From assembly GCA_016184225.1 (NCBI GenBank), contig JACPDA010000004.1:474763-538762 (forward strand): DNA of 64,000 nt, read 5' to 3'. The translations under genes and the position numbers were made by a program. The notes under the pieces were generated by a model. The model saw only the letters and a program-made list of their open reading frames with translations, was not told the DNA's origin and did not search any database. This document shows, one piece after another, positions 39,611 to 49,363 of this stretch (position 1 is its first letter; each line of letters starts with the position of its first letter). This stretch comes from Candidatus Daviesbacteria bacterium. GTDB lineage: Bacteria; Patescibacteriota; Microgenomatia; Daviesbacterales; UBA10151.

Positions 39611-40858
39611 ATGAAGAAACTAATTAAGGGAATTTTGTCCCAGGAAATAATTAATAATTTTTATCATTTGCCAAAAGCCGTATTGGCAAATGTAGTATAT
39701 GGCTCCCCTACCAGGGGACTCAAAGTGATTGGGGTGACCGGGACTGACGGGAAAACTACCACAGTTAATATGATTTACCAAATTTTAAAGGCTGCCGGAA
39801 AAAAGGTTTCCATGGCTTCAACAATAAATGCAGTGATAGGTGGGAAATCCATGGATACAGGATTCCACATAACTAGTCCGAGTCCATTTTCTATCCAAAA
39901 ACTGGCCCGGCAATCAGTTGATAATGAAGATGAATACTTGGTGTTGGAAGTTACCTCGCATGCCATTGACCAGTACAGGTTTTGGGGGATTAAGTTTGAT
40001 GTCGGAGTAATTACCAATATTACTCATGAGCACCTAGATTATCATAAAACTTTTGATAACTATGTAAGCACCAAATTTAAACTGCTAAAAAATGTAAAAT
40101 TTGCCATCATTAACAGTGATTTAAACACAAATGTCCTCCGATCGTGGGACAAATGTGTTAACCATAGGCTAATCACCTTTGGTTTTAGTAAAGGGGACTT
40201 TAACCAAAAAGAACTACAGTTAAAACTTAAAGTGCCGGGTGATTACAACATTGAAAATGCGCTGGCATCTTTGGCAGTAGCCTTTATCTTAAATATAGAC
40301 AAAGATATTGCCAAAAAAACTCTTGAGAATTTTCAAGGCATAACAGGACGCATGGAAGAAATAAAAAACAATAAAGGGATAAAGATCTTTATAGATTTTG
40401 CCCATACGCCTAATGGTTTAGAACAAGCCTTAAAGGCTTTACGCTCAAGTCGTGGTCCAAAGGACCAACAGACCACGTCTGGTAGGCTAATAGCGGTTAT
40501 AGGTGCGGAAGGGGATAGGGATGTAGAGAAAAGAGCCATGATGGGAGAGATTGCGCAAAGGTTGTCTAACTTTGTGGTGGTAACCGCAGTTGACCCAAGG
40601 GGACAGCTGGATGCAATAAATAAACAGATAGCGGCAGGTGCTCAAAAGGCCGGAGCAGCACCAGACAGAAATTTTTTTGTAATTGCTGACAGAGAGAAAG
40701 CTTTTGATTTTGCCATTAATCAGCTTGCTAAAAGAGGGGATACAGTGGGAATCTTTGGGAAAGGACACGAGACCTCCATGAATCTGGACGGAAAAAAAGA
40801 AATTCCCTGGTCGGATAAGGAAGCTGTAGTAAGTTGTTTGGATAATAAATATGGATAA
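39611..40858 (+). CDS. murE: Mur ligase, MurE by synteny (short form lacking the usual N-terminal domain)
   Basis: P-loop GVTGTDGKTTT at residue ~43; central and C-terminal Mur ligase domains; 415 aa. Confidence 0.65.
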   Translation: MKKLIKGILSQEIINNFYHLPKAVLANVVYGSPTRGLKVIGVTGTDGKTTTVNMIYQILKAAGKKVSMASTINAVIGGKSMDTGFHITSPSPFSIQKLARQSVDNEDEYLVLEVTSHAIDQYRFWGIKFDVGVITNITHEHLDYHKTFDNYVSTKFKLLKNVKFAIINSDLNTNVLRSWDKCVNHRLITFGFSKGDFNQKELQLKLKVPGDYNIENALASLAVAFILNIDKDIAKKTLENFQGITGRMEEIKNNKGIKIFIDFAHTPNGLEQALKALRSSRGPKDQQTTSGRLIAVIGAEGDRDVEKRAMMGEIAQRLSNFVVVTAVDPRGQLDAINKQIAAGAQKAGAAPDRNFFVIADREKAFDFAINQLAKRGDTVGIFGKGHETSMNLDGKKEIPWSDKEAVVSCLDNKYG

Positions 40859-41435
40859 TAAATATAAACTAATAATTGACTCTTTTGGTAAAGATAGGTT
40901 TAAGTTTAATGAACCGTTAAAAGATTATACGCATTCAAGCCTTGGGGGGCCGGCTAAGTTATTTTTTATTGCTTTTACGGAGCGGGATTTAATTAAAGTA
41001 GTCAGTATATGCAGGCAGTTAAAATTGCCCTATTTTTTGTTCGGTACAGGCAGTAAGATTTTGATTTCAGATTCGGGTTTTGATGGGTTGGTCATTAAAA
41101 ATAGGACAAAGAATATCCAAACAGTTTCTGTTAAAGGCAAGGTTACAAAATATGGCATAGGAGTGGAAGAAGCTTTAGTGGAAGTAGAATCAGGGGTGAG
41201 TATGCGCAAATGGGTAGAATATCTTGACTCTCAGGGTTTAGAAACTTTGGCTTTTCATAGTACACCAGGGAGTATTGGTGGAAATCTTTTTATCCACAGA
41301 TTTTTGCAAACCTCGGCTAAAAGTATTAAAGTATTAAACTTAAAATCAGATATTCAGCAGATAAGTGCTCTGAATTTAAATTTTAAAAGGCATATAATAC
41401 TATCTGCGGTATTTAAGATTAAGGCAAAAAAATGA
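40851..41435 (+). CDS. murB: UDP-N-acetylenolpyruvoylglucosamine reductase MurB, FAD-binding domain only (C-terminally short)
   Basis: ...LGGPAKLFF...LFGTGSKILISD...HSTPGSIGGNLFIH...; ends after ~194 aa with no MurB_C domain. Confidence 0.55.
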   Translation: MDNKYKLIIDSFGKDRFKFNEPLKDYTHSSLGGPAKLFFIAFTERDLIKVVSICRQLKLPYFLFGTGSKILISDSGFDGLVIKNRTKNIQTVSVKGKVTKYGIGVEEALVEVESGVSMRKWVEYLDSQGLETLAFHSTPGSIGGNLFIHRFLQTSAKSIKVLNLKSDIQQISALNLNFKRHIILSAVFKIKAKK

Positions 41436-42691
41436 AGTATATAATCAATGGTGGGCATCGATTAGAGGGGACAGTCCGTGTCTCAGGCAACAAAAATTCG
41501 GTTTTTCCCTGTATTGCTGGAGCACTTTTAACAGGGGAAGAGGTAATTTTAGAAAATATCTCCGATTTGGTAGATACCGAAGTTTTAATCCAGATTTTAA
41601 AAAAGCTGGGGGTAGCTGTAGAAGAAAATGTATCTACTCTTAAAATTAAAGCATCTGCGATTCGTCACTTTAATTTACCTGAGGATTTAATGTTGAAACT
41701 CAGAGGATCAATTGTCCTGGTTGGGGCGCTCCTGGGAAGAGAAGGTAAAGTAAATTTTTACCATCCGGGAGGGGATATTATAGGAAGAAGAAGTATAGAG
41801 ACCCACGCCGGCGGTTTTAAGGCATTAGGCGCTGTATTAAAAAGAAGCGGCTCGAAGTTTAGTTTATCTTTTGCAGAACATTCTTCACTAACTTGCGACA
41901 TTTTCCTTTCAGAGGCATCGGTGACTGCAACCGAAAACCTAATTTTAGCCGCAGTTTTGGGCAGAAGGGTGGTAGTTTTAAGAAACTGCGCCAAGGAGCC
42001 TCATGTCAGCGATCTTTGCAAGATGCTGGTTCAGATGGGCGCTAATATTGAAGGGATAGGTACTGATACTATCAGGATTACGGGAGTCGAAAATCTACAT
42101 GGGACCAAATTCCGGATAGGAGCAGATTATATTGAGGTAGGCACTTATGTCGTGGCTTGCGCAATTACAGGCGGCGAAGTAATAATTGAAGGGATAGAGG
42201 GTGCCTTTTTAGCTCCGGCATTGGCGCCACTTAAAAGTTTTGGTATTAAAATAGAAGAGGGTAAAGATAGTATTAAAGTCTTTCCATCAAAACTTAAATC
42301 TATTGATAAACTTGTTACCAATACTTGGCCGGGGTTCCCGACAGATCTTATGAGTGTAGCGATAGTTTTGGCAACTCAATCCAAAGGAGTGAGTTTGTGT
42401 CACGATTGGATGTACGAAGGTAGAATGTTTTTTGTAGACAAGTTGATTACAATGGGAGCCAAAATTACCCTGGCTGATCCGCACAGAGTACTTGTATACG
42501 GACCTGATAAATTGCGCGGTAAAGTCTTGGAAACTCCCGATATCAGAGCTGGCATGGCTTTAGTTGTGGCTGCTTTAGCGGCCAAGGGTAAGAGTATTAT
42601 CAATCAGGCGCAGCTTATTGAGAGAGGTTATGAAGACGTGGTTTACAAGCTTAAAAGTTTAGGCGCTGATATTGAAAGAGTCGAGGCTTAA
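41432..42691 (+). CDS. murA: UDP-N-acetylglucosamine 1-carboxyvinyltransferase MurA
   Basis: MKYIINGGHRLEGTVRVSGNKNSVFPCIAGALL (the usual MurA Cys is present in ...PCIAGA...); 419 aa, EPT fold. Confidence 0.9.
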   Translation: MKYIINGGHRLEGTVRVSGNKNSVFPCIAGALLTGEEVILENISDLVDTEVLIQILKKLGVAVEENVSTLKIKASAIRHFNLPEDLMLKLRGSIVLVGALLGREGKVNFYHPGGDIIGRRSIETHAGGFKALGAVLKRSGSKFSLSFAEHSSLTCDIFLSEASVTATENLILAAVLGRRVVVLRNCAKEPHVSDLCKMLVQMGANIEGIGTDTIRITGVENLHGTKFRIGADYIEVGTYVVACAITGGEVIIEGIEGAFLAPALAPLKSFGIKIEEGKDSIKVFPSKLKSIDKLVTNTWPGFPTDLMSVAIVLATQSKGVSLCHDWMYEGRMFFVDKLITMGAKITLADPHRVLVYGPDKLRGKVLETPDIRAGMALVVAALAAKGKSIINQAQLIERGYEDVVYKLKSLGADIERVEA

Positions 42692-43898
42692 TCGTTTTAT
42701 GGATATTATAGATCATCCGATTTGGAGTCAGGTTACTCCCTATAAAACAAAAATCTCTCCTTTTAAAAAGCCGTTTCACCTACTTCGAATATATTTAGCT
42801 AAACAATATGCCAAATTATATCCGGCGGAGGCGTTTATTGGCGTGACCGGTTCTGTGGGGAAAACCACCACTGTTGCAGCTTGTAGCGCAGTTTTATCTC
42901 AAAAGTACAAAACCCTTTCAACGAAACCAAACCTTGACCCGGTTTTAAACATTCCATCTACTCTTTTGAAAATAAATCCGCGGGTCAAGAAAATTATCTT
43001 GGAGATGGGAATTGAATATAAAGGGGAAATGGATTTTTACCTTTCATTAATTAAGCCTAAAACGGTAATATTAACCAGGATTGCTTATGCACATAATGAG
43101 ACTTTGGGAAGCATCAATGAAGTTCTACAGGAGAAAAGAAAGTTGGTTGAGAGCTTAGATACGGATGGAGTGGCAATACTTAATTGGGACGATCCCAGCA
43201 GTAAAAAGCTGGCTGAGAATTGTAAAGGAAGTGTCCTCTACTTTGGTATGGATCCTAAAAATTGTACAATTTGGGCTTCTAATCCAAGAATCGAAAACTT
43301 TGCTACAACTTTCGAACTAAACCACAATGTCGAGCGGGTTAAAGTAAACTTCCAGCTTTTAGGACTACATCAAGTTTATCCCGCACTGGCAGCTGCCCTG
43401 TTGGGAGTAATTCATGGTATTCCCTTAACTAGGATAAAACTGGCTTTGGAAACGATTGAGCCATCAGAACATCGACTACAAGCTGTGAAGGGCCCAAATG
43501 GCTCAATTGTTTTGGATGATACCTATAACAGCTCCCCAAGCGCGCTTGATAGTGCTATTGATGCCCTTCTTCAGATACCGGCCAGGAGAAGAGTAATTGT
43601 TTTAGGTGAGATGAGGGAGTTAGGGCCATATTCTGAGCAGTTACACAGACAGGTTGCCCAAAGGATCTACAAGGAGAAGCTGGATTTTGTATTCTTAGGT
43701 CAAGGAGAGGCTCAAGTTATTGCTGATGAACTAAAAAGTCTAGGTTTTTGGGAAGAGAGAATGGAATCTAATTTAAGAAACTCGGAGCTTGTTTCGAAAT
43801 TAATAAAGACCCTGGGTAAGGGCGATGTCTGTTTGATTAAGGGTTCAAGGGCTGTAAGATTAGATGAGGTAGTTGGGAGAATAGCAAAGAAATCATGA
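42672..43898 (+). CDS. murF: UDP-MurNAc-tripeptide--D-Ala-D-Ala ligase MurF
   Basis: P-loop IGVTGSVGKTTT; Mur ligase central and C-terminal domains; position before mraY. Confidence 0.8.
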   Translation: MKESRLNRFMDIIDHPIWSQVTPYKTKISPFKKPFHLLRIYLAKQYAKLYPAEAFIGVTGSVGKTTTVAACSAVLSQKYKTLSTKPNLDPVLNIPSTLLKINPRVKKIILEMGIEYKGEMDFYLSLIKPKTVILTRIAYAHNETLGSINEVLQEKRKLVESLDTDGVAILNWDDPSSKKLAENCKGSVLYFGMDPKNCTIWASNPRIENFATTFELNHNVERVKVNFQLLGLHQVYPALAAALLGVIHGIPLTRIKLALETIEPSEHRLQAVKGPNGSIVLDDTYNSSPSALDSAIDALLQIPARRRVIVLGEMRELGPYSEQLHRQVAQRIYKEKLDFVFLGQGEAQVIADELKSLGFWEERMESNLRNSELVSKLIKTLGKGDVCLIKGSRAVRLDEVVGRIAKKS

Positions 43899-44902
43899 CA
43901 CAACTACTTGGATTAGTTCTTTTATCATTTGTCATAACTTCTGTTTTTATGGTGCCATTTATTGATTTGCTTTTTCATCTCAAGAGACGCTTTGAAAAAA
44001 TTGAAGGAAGGCAAAAAAAATCCGAGACTCCGATACACGATCAGTTAATGAAGACGGATATCGGTACCCCTTCCGGCGGAGGGATATTGCTAATTTTAAT
44101 TCTGGTGATTTTAAGCCTGGGGATTTTTCTCTTTAGTCCTCAAGCAGATAAAGTGAGTTTATCAATTTTACTTTTTACGGTTATTTCATTTGGATCCTTG
44201 GGGTTAACAGATGATATTAAGTTCATCCTGACAAGAAGGAAAGGAAAATTTATGGGGCTGGGCAGAAAAAGGATAATGATAATACAAGCAAGCCTAGCGG
44301 TTTTAATTTCAGCAATGCTTTATTTTTTAGCAGGTTTAAATAATTTCTACATCTCCGGATTGGGCAATTTAATCCTTAATTTTTGGTATATACCTATCTC
44401 TGCTTTTGTGATCGTTGCTTTTGCAAACGCATATAATATTTCAGATGGATTGGACGGTTTATCAGCCGGGTTATTGCTTATTTGTCTAATTGCCTTTTTA
44501 GCACTTGCATCATCAAGTCTTGATTTGACGCTGGCATCTTTTATAGGAATTTGGATTGGGCTTTTATTTGCATATCTTTATTTTAACGTGTGGCCGGCAA
44601 GGATTTTCTTAGGTGATGCAGGTGCTTTTGCTTTTGGGGCAACTTTAGCGGTTGTCGGACTTTTGACAGGGAAGATTTTGGCTCTGGCAATCATCGGAGG
44701 CATGTTCGTTTTAATTGTTGTTTCATCCGCTGTCCAAATATTTTCCAAAAAAATCTTTAAGAAAAAAATTTTACCGGTTTCCCCCATCCATATGTATTTT
44801 AAATATATTGGCTGGGAAGAACCCAAGATTGTGAGTAGATTCTGGTTGGCAGGGGGTGTATTTGCTATTTTAGGTTTATGGATAGCACTACTTTCACGAT
44901 GA
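43895..44902 (+). CDS. mraY: phospho-N-acetylmuramoyl-pentapeptide transferase MraY
   Basis: NAYNISDGLDGLSAG with 10 TM helices; ATGA overlap. Confidence 0.9.
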   Translation: MTQLLGLVLLSFVITSVFMVPFIDLLFHLKRRFEKIEGRQKKSETPIHDQLMKTDIGTPSGGGILLILILVILSLGIFLFSPQADKVSLSILLFTVISFGSLGLTDDIKFILTRRKGKFMGLGRKRIMIIQASLAVLISAMLYFLAGLNNFYISGLGNLILNFWYIPISAFVIVAFANAYNISDGLDGLSAGLLLICLIAFLALASSSLDLTLASFIGIWIGLLFAYLYFNVWPARIFLGDAGAFAFGATLAVVGLLTGKILALAIIGGMFVLIVVSSAVQIFSKKIFKKKILPVSPIHMYFKYIGWEEPKIVSRFWLAGGVFAILGLWIALLSR

Positions 44903-45990
44903 AAGCTTCCAATCTTCAGTCTCAAAAAAAGCAAATAGATTTAAGCTTACTTTTGACTGTAGGAGCATTGACGGTTTTTGGACTCCTGATGGTTTATGAT
45001 GCATCGGCAATTGCCGGTATAAGGGATTTTAAAGACAGCCTCTACTATATAAGACAGCAGTTGGTTTGGGTGGCAATTGGGGTGGCTTCTATGGTTTTTT
45101 TTACCCGGTTAGACTATAAAAAATTTAAGCTTTTTGGGGTACCACTTTTGCTTGCTTCGCTATTACTCTTACTTGCAGTTTTCATTCCGGGGTTAGGGGT
45201 AGCCGGTGGGGGAGCACATAGGTGGTTAAGACTTGGAATGATTACAATACAGCCTGCTGAGATTATTAAGCTGACAGGAGTAATTTACCTGGCTGTACTT
45301 TTTGAGAAAAAAGCGAGATTAATCCCCTTCTTAACTCTTATTGGGGGAATTAGTTTGGTTACAGCCGTTTTACAAAAAGACTTAGGATCAACAGTGGTTT
45401 TTGTTCTAACGGCTGGCGCTGTTTATTTTGCAGCAGGGGGTTCTATTTGGCATTTTATTATTGCTGCACCTGTGGGGATTTTGGCTTTTCTTTTTTTAGT
45501 ACTCACATCCAGTTACAGAAGTAAAAGGATCCTAGCTTTCTTAGATCCATTTTCTGATCCCCAAGGTTTTACTTATCATATTTCACAGGTTTTGATAGCT
45601 TTAGGTTCTGGTGGGTTGTTTGGTTTAGGATTGGGACAATCCAGGCAAAAATTTGAATATATACCGGAAGTTAGTACGGATTCTATTTTTGGAATTATAG
45701 GTGAGGAAATAGGATTTATAGGCGGGAGCTTGGTAATAGCCCTTTTTGCTTTTGTTTTAATAAGAGGACTTAAAATTGCCACAAACTCTCAGGATAATTT
45801 TGGTAGGATACTTGCTCTAGGTTTAACGTCCTGGTTAGGCATTCAAGCAATTGTTAATCTTGCTTCTATGACAGCCCTGCTTCCGCTTACTGGAGTACCG
45901 CTGCCTTTTATTTCGTATGGAGGGTCGGCACTGGTGGTTAATTTAACGGCGATAGGGATTTTACTTAATATTTCAAAACAGACAACATGA
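44878..45990 (+). CDS. ftsW: SEDS-family peptidoglycan polymerase FtsW
   Basis: 370 aa, 10 TM helices, ...PEVSTDSIFGIIGEEIGFIGG... and a C-terminal LPFISYGGSA. Confidence 0.85.
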   Translation: MDSTTFTMKASNLQSQKKQIDLSLLLTVGALTVFGLLMVYDASAIAGIRDFKDSLYYIRQQLVWVAIGVASMVFFTRLDYKKFKLFGVPLLLASLLLLLAVFIPGLGVAGGGAHRWLRLGMITIQPAEIIKLTGVIYLAVLFEKKARLIPFLTLIGGISLVTAVLQKDLGSTVVFVLTAGAVYFAAGGSIWHFIIAAPVGILAFLFLVLTSSYRSKRILAFLDPFSDPQGFTYHISQVLIALGSGGLFGLGLGQSRQKFEYIPEVSTDSIFGIIGEEIGFIGGSLVIALFAFVLIRGLKIATNSQDNFGRILALGLTSWLGIQAIVNLASMTALLPLTGVPLPFISYGGSALVVNLTAIGILLNISKQTT

Positions 45991-47105
45991 AGATAATGGT
46001 TACCGGGGCGCATTTTACACCGGCAGTTGCAACAATTGAAGAGTTGAAGAAAATAGGAGGATCAGAAGTGGTCTATGTTGGAAGAAGTACTACTTTGGAG
46101 GGAGATAGGACCCTGTCAGTTGAGTCAAAAGTACTACCGAGTTTAGGGGTTAAATTTATTCCGATTATTGCAGGAAGACTACAAAGGTCTTTAACTATTT
46201 TTACCGTTTTTTCCCTGCTCAAAATCCCCATTGGATTTTTGCAGGCTTTATTTATTGTCTTACTGGAGCGGCCGGATGTGATTTTATCTTTTGGTGGGTA
46301 TGTGGCAGTACCCATTGTAATAGCCGGTTGGTTTTTTTCTGTCCCGGTTATTATCCATGAGCAGGGTTTAGTGGTTGGTTTGGCAAACAGAATCAGCTCA
46401 GTGTTTGCAGATAAAATTGCCGTTTCTTTTAAGAATAGTGATTTTAAGGGTGACGGAGTTATTTTAACCGGTAACCCGATTAGGAGTGAAATTTTAGAGA
46501 AGAGAAAGGGTGTGAAGCTGAAACACCCGGAGGGTGTAGGGCCAGGAAAGTTGCCGGTTGTTTTGATAATGGGGGGAAACCAGGGGTCGCATGTCATTAA
46601 TTTGGCAGTAGAGCAATGCTTAGAAAAACTTCTGAAGGTGGCAGAAGTAGTTCATCAAACAGGGGATTCTAAGTATAAAGATTATGAAAGACTGGAGGAA
46701 TTAGGGCGTTTAGGGGTTTTAGGGAAAAGATATGGGGTTAAGAAATGGATCGGAGAAAATTATGGAGATGCTTTACAAGAAGCTGATTTGGTGGTTTCAC
46801 GGGCAGGGATAAATACCCTGACAGAGCTTGCCCTTTTAGGAAAACCGGCGCTCCTGGTTCCCATTTCCAATAGCGAGCAAAATAAAAACGCGAGATATTT
46901 TGAAAGCTTAGGATTAGCAAAGATTTTGCCCCAGTCTAAATTATCAGCAGAAGCATTGTTTGAAAATATTGTGGTCATGTTAAAGAATTTGGATAAACTA
47001 AAACAAAATGCAAAAGAAGCAGAAAAAATAATTGTTCCATATGCGGCCAAAAGACTGGCTTTGGAAACAATGCTTCTGGCTAAAAATCCTGGGGTGCATT
47101 ACTAA
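45987..47105 (+). CDS. murG: undecaprenyldiphospho-muramoylpentapeptide beta-N-acetylglucosaminyltransferase MurG
   Basis: GT28 architecture; GGNQGSHVIN motif; position after ftsW. Confidence 0.8.
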   Translation: MKIMVTGAHFTPAVATIEELKKIGGSEVVYVGRSTTLEGDRTLSVESKVLPSLGVKFIPIIAGRLQRSLTIFTVFSLLKIPIGFLQALFIVLLERPDVILSFGGYVAVPIVIAGWFFSVPVIIHEQGLVVGLANRISSVFADKIAVSFKNSDFKGDGVILTGNPIRSEILEKRKGVKLKHPEGVGPGKLPVVLIMGGNQGSHVINLAVEQCLEKLLKVAEVVHQTGDSKYKDYERLEELGRLGVLGKRYGVKKWIGENYGDALQEADLVVSRAGINTLTELALLGKPALLVPISNSEQNKNARYFESLGLAKILPQSKLSAEALFENIVVMLKNLDKLKQNAKEAEKIIVPYAAKRLALETMLLAKNPGVHY

Positions 47106-47107
47106 AT

Positions 47108-47950
47108 ATGTGGCGAAGAAAGAAATTTAAGAAAAGACGCTTTGGTAAATGGTCCAAAATTTATTGGGTTACCCCGATTCTTTTAATCCTTATTTGTTCA
47201 TTTCTTTTTTTGAAGTCAGGAATTTTTACTATAAAACAGGTTGATATACAAATAGGCAAGCTTAAATGTATTGATGAAAAACAGATTAAGGATTCTGCAA
47301 ATCTTTTGGGTCAAAATTTTTTTCTGTTAGATCCTGCAAAGGTTGAGGATGATTTAAAGAAAAAATTTTTCTGCATAAAATCAGCGCCGCTCAGTAAAAT
47401 TTTCCCAAATAAGGTTAAGATACAGACTTTTGACAGAGAACCTGCTGCGTTGTTAATTTCTTTAGAAGAGAAAGAGGCCTCAATGTCTTCTTTGGTTGCT
47501 GATATTGCCACACCCAGTGCCCAACAGGTACGGGATTCCTATAGTGTAGACGCGGAAGGGGTAATTTTTTCTGAAGATACGAAGGATTTAAATGTCCCAA
47601 AAATCTATATTTATGATTCGGGGATTACTTTGGGTAAAAAATTGGAGAATGATTTAATCGGCAATTCTTTGAAGATTTTAGAAAAAGTAAAAACTTTGGG
47701 AATAGAGGTTAAGGAAGGTTGGATTTTTGATAATTTTTTCATTATTAACAGCGAAGTTTCAAACCTTAAAATAATCTTCCGTTTAAACGAGAAACTTGAT
47801 ATACAACTTGCATCTTTACAACTGATTCTGGATAAAGCTAAAATAAACCGTAGGACTATTCCGACTGAAGTCGGAAGAGACTTGAAAGAGTTGGAGTTTA
47901 TCGATCTAAGATTTGATAAACCCGTTGTTAAGTTTGCCCCTAAAAAATAG
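47108..47950 (+). CDS. ftsQ: cell division protein FtsQ/DivIB-like (POTRA)
   Basis: Basic N-terminus, single TM, POTRA-like beta-rich domain; position before ftsA. Confidence 0.6.
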   Translation: MWRRKKFKKRRFGKWSKIYWVTPILLILICSFLFLKSGIFTIKQVDIQIGKLKCIDEKQIKDSANLLGQNFFLLDPAKVEDDLKKKFFCIKSAPLSKIFPNKVKIQTFDREPAALLISLEEKEASMSSLVADIATPSAQQVRDSYSVDAEGVIFSEDTKDLNVPKIYIYDSGITLGKKLENDLIGNSLKILEKVKTLGIEVKEGWIFDNFFIINSEVSNLKIIFRLNEKLDIQLASLQLILDKAKINRRTIPTEVGRDLKELEFIDLRFDKPVVKFAPKK

Positions 47951-47970
47951 TTTATTACGGAGTAACAAAC

Positions 47971-49275
47971 TTGTTTATGGCTAAAGACCGAATAATATGC
48001 GGAATAGATGTTGGCTCATCCAAAATAGCCACCCTGATTGCTTCAATTGACGAGACAGGAAAGATAAACCTCATTGGCGTTTCTTCTACTGTTTCAAAAG
48101 GCGTCAAGAAAACTCAAGTTGTAGATATTGATGAAGCTATTGACGCCATAACCGAGTCGGTCGAAGCGGCTGAGCGGATGGCAGGGTATTCTATTTCACA
48201 AGCATACGTTTCGTTAGGCGGTCCTCAGATAGAAAGCGTAAACCAGCATGCAGTGGTGGCTGTTTCAGAACCCGAAGGGGAGATTAAAGATTCCGATATC
48301 CGCCGGGTTAATGATGCAGCCAGGGCAATTCCCCTTCCTTCTTCACGGGAAATCCTGCATGTAATCCCGCGCACTTTTACAGTTGATGGGCAGGAAGGTA
48401 TTAAAGACCCGATCGGGATGACAGGGGTCAGACTAGAAACCGAGACGCATATAATCACCGGTGCAACTACCTCGATGAGAAACCTTGTCAAATGTGTTTC
48501 CCAGGTAGGTATAGATGTTACGGAATTAGTTTTCGCCGGGATTGCTTCTGCTCTTTCCGTACTATCTGATACAGAAAAAGAATTGGGAGTAGTATTGGTA
48601 GATATAGGTGGAGAGACAACAGATGTGGTCATTTTTATAGACGGGTCAGTTGCCTATTCATCCGTTATTCCAATTGGCGCTCGTCATATTACTTCCGATA
48701 TGGCAGTAGGCCTTAGGGTTTCACTGGAGTCGGCGGAAAAGATTAAATTATCTTTAGGTAAGCTGCCAAAGGTTCCGGCACTTTCAGAAGGACAAGAAGA
48801 GATTAAGACTGCGACGAACGGTAAGAAGAAAGATGAGGAGGTTATAGATATCAAAGCATTGGGTATTACCGAGGACATACAAAAAATTTCCCGCAAAGCT
48901 GTAGTTGATGGAATTATCAAGCCCCGCCTACAAGAAGTATTTAAATTTGTTGGTAAAGAGATCAAAAAGAGCGGTTTTGGTGCCCAGGTTCCGTCCGGAT
49001 TGGTAATTTGTGGAGGAGGTGCCCAGACAATCGGGGTTCTGGAACAGGCAAAATACGTACTTGGGTTTCCGGCAAGGGTAGGTCAAATTGAGGGGTTAGC
49101 AGGATTAATAGAAGAGATAGATTCGCCTTTATTTGCCACTTCGGCAGGTTTGATCCTATATGGGGCAACGCAAGGCCCCCAAGGGCAACTTCACATACCG
49201 GTTCTTTCCGGAAGTCTGCCAATCAAAGGAATGATACAAAAAGGGCTAGATTTAGTAAAATCATTCCTGCCTTAG
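47971..49275 (+). CDS. ftsA: cell division protein FtsA
   Basis: Actin-fold signatures: IICGIDVGSSKI, VLVDIGGETTDVVIF. Confidence 0.9.
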   Translation: MFMAKDRIICGIDVGSSKIATLIASIDETGKINLIGVSSTVSKGVKKTQVVDIDEAIDAITESVEAAERMAGYSISQAYVSLGGPQIESVNQHAVVAVSEPEGEIKDSDIRRVNDAARAIPLPSSREILHVIPRTFTVDGQEGIKDPIGMTGVRLETETHIITGATTSMRNLVKCVSQVGIDVTELVFAGIASALSVLSDTEKELGVVLVDIGGETTDVVIFIDGSVAYSSVIPIGARHITSDMAVGLRVSLESAEKIKLSLGKLPKVPALSEGQEEIKTATNGKKKDEEVIDIKALGITEDIQKISRKAVVDGIIKPRLQEVFKFVGKEIKKSGFGAQVPSGLVICGGGAQTIGVLEQAKYVLGFPARVGQIEGLAGLIEEIDSPLFATSAGLILYGATQGPQGQLHIPVLSGSLPIKGMIQKGLDLVKSFLP

Positions 49276-49301
49276 CTATTGCAATTTTAACTGAGAATCT
49301 G

Positions 49302-49347
49302 TTATATTCTGAGCGAAGCAAAGAATTCAAGCTTTGCTTATATTCTG
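49302..49347 (+). promoter_or_regulatory. two copies of TTATATTCTG upstream of ftsZ (P1/P2-like)
   Basis: Copies at 49302-49311 and 49338-49347; a third copy at 50534-50543 sits at the same 16-nt distance from the ileS ATG. Confidence 0.4.
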
Positions 49348-49363
49348 CCTGAGACTCATAATT

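Noticed and set aside
1667-44020. A8-A9 homopolymer tracts inside coding regions (e.g. 1667-1674, ~30722, ~44011) as phase-variation switches
   Set aside because: They are expected at this frequency in a ~35% GC genome and encode Lys-Lys in frame, so there is no evidence of frameshifting.
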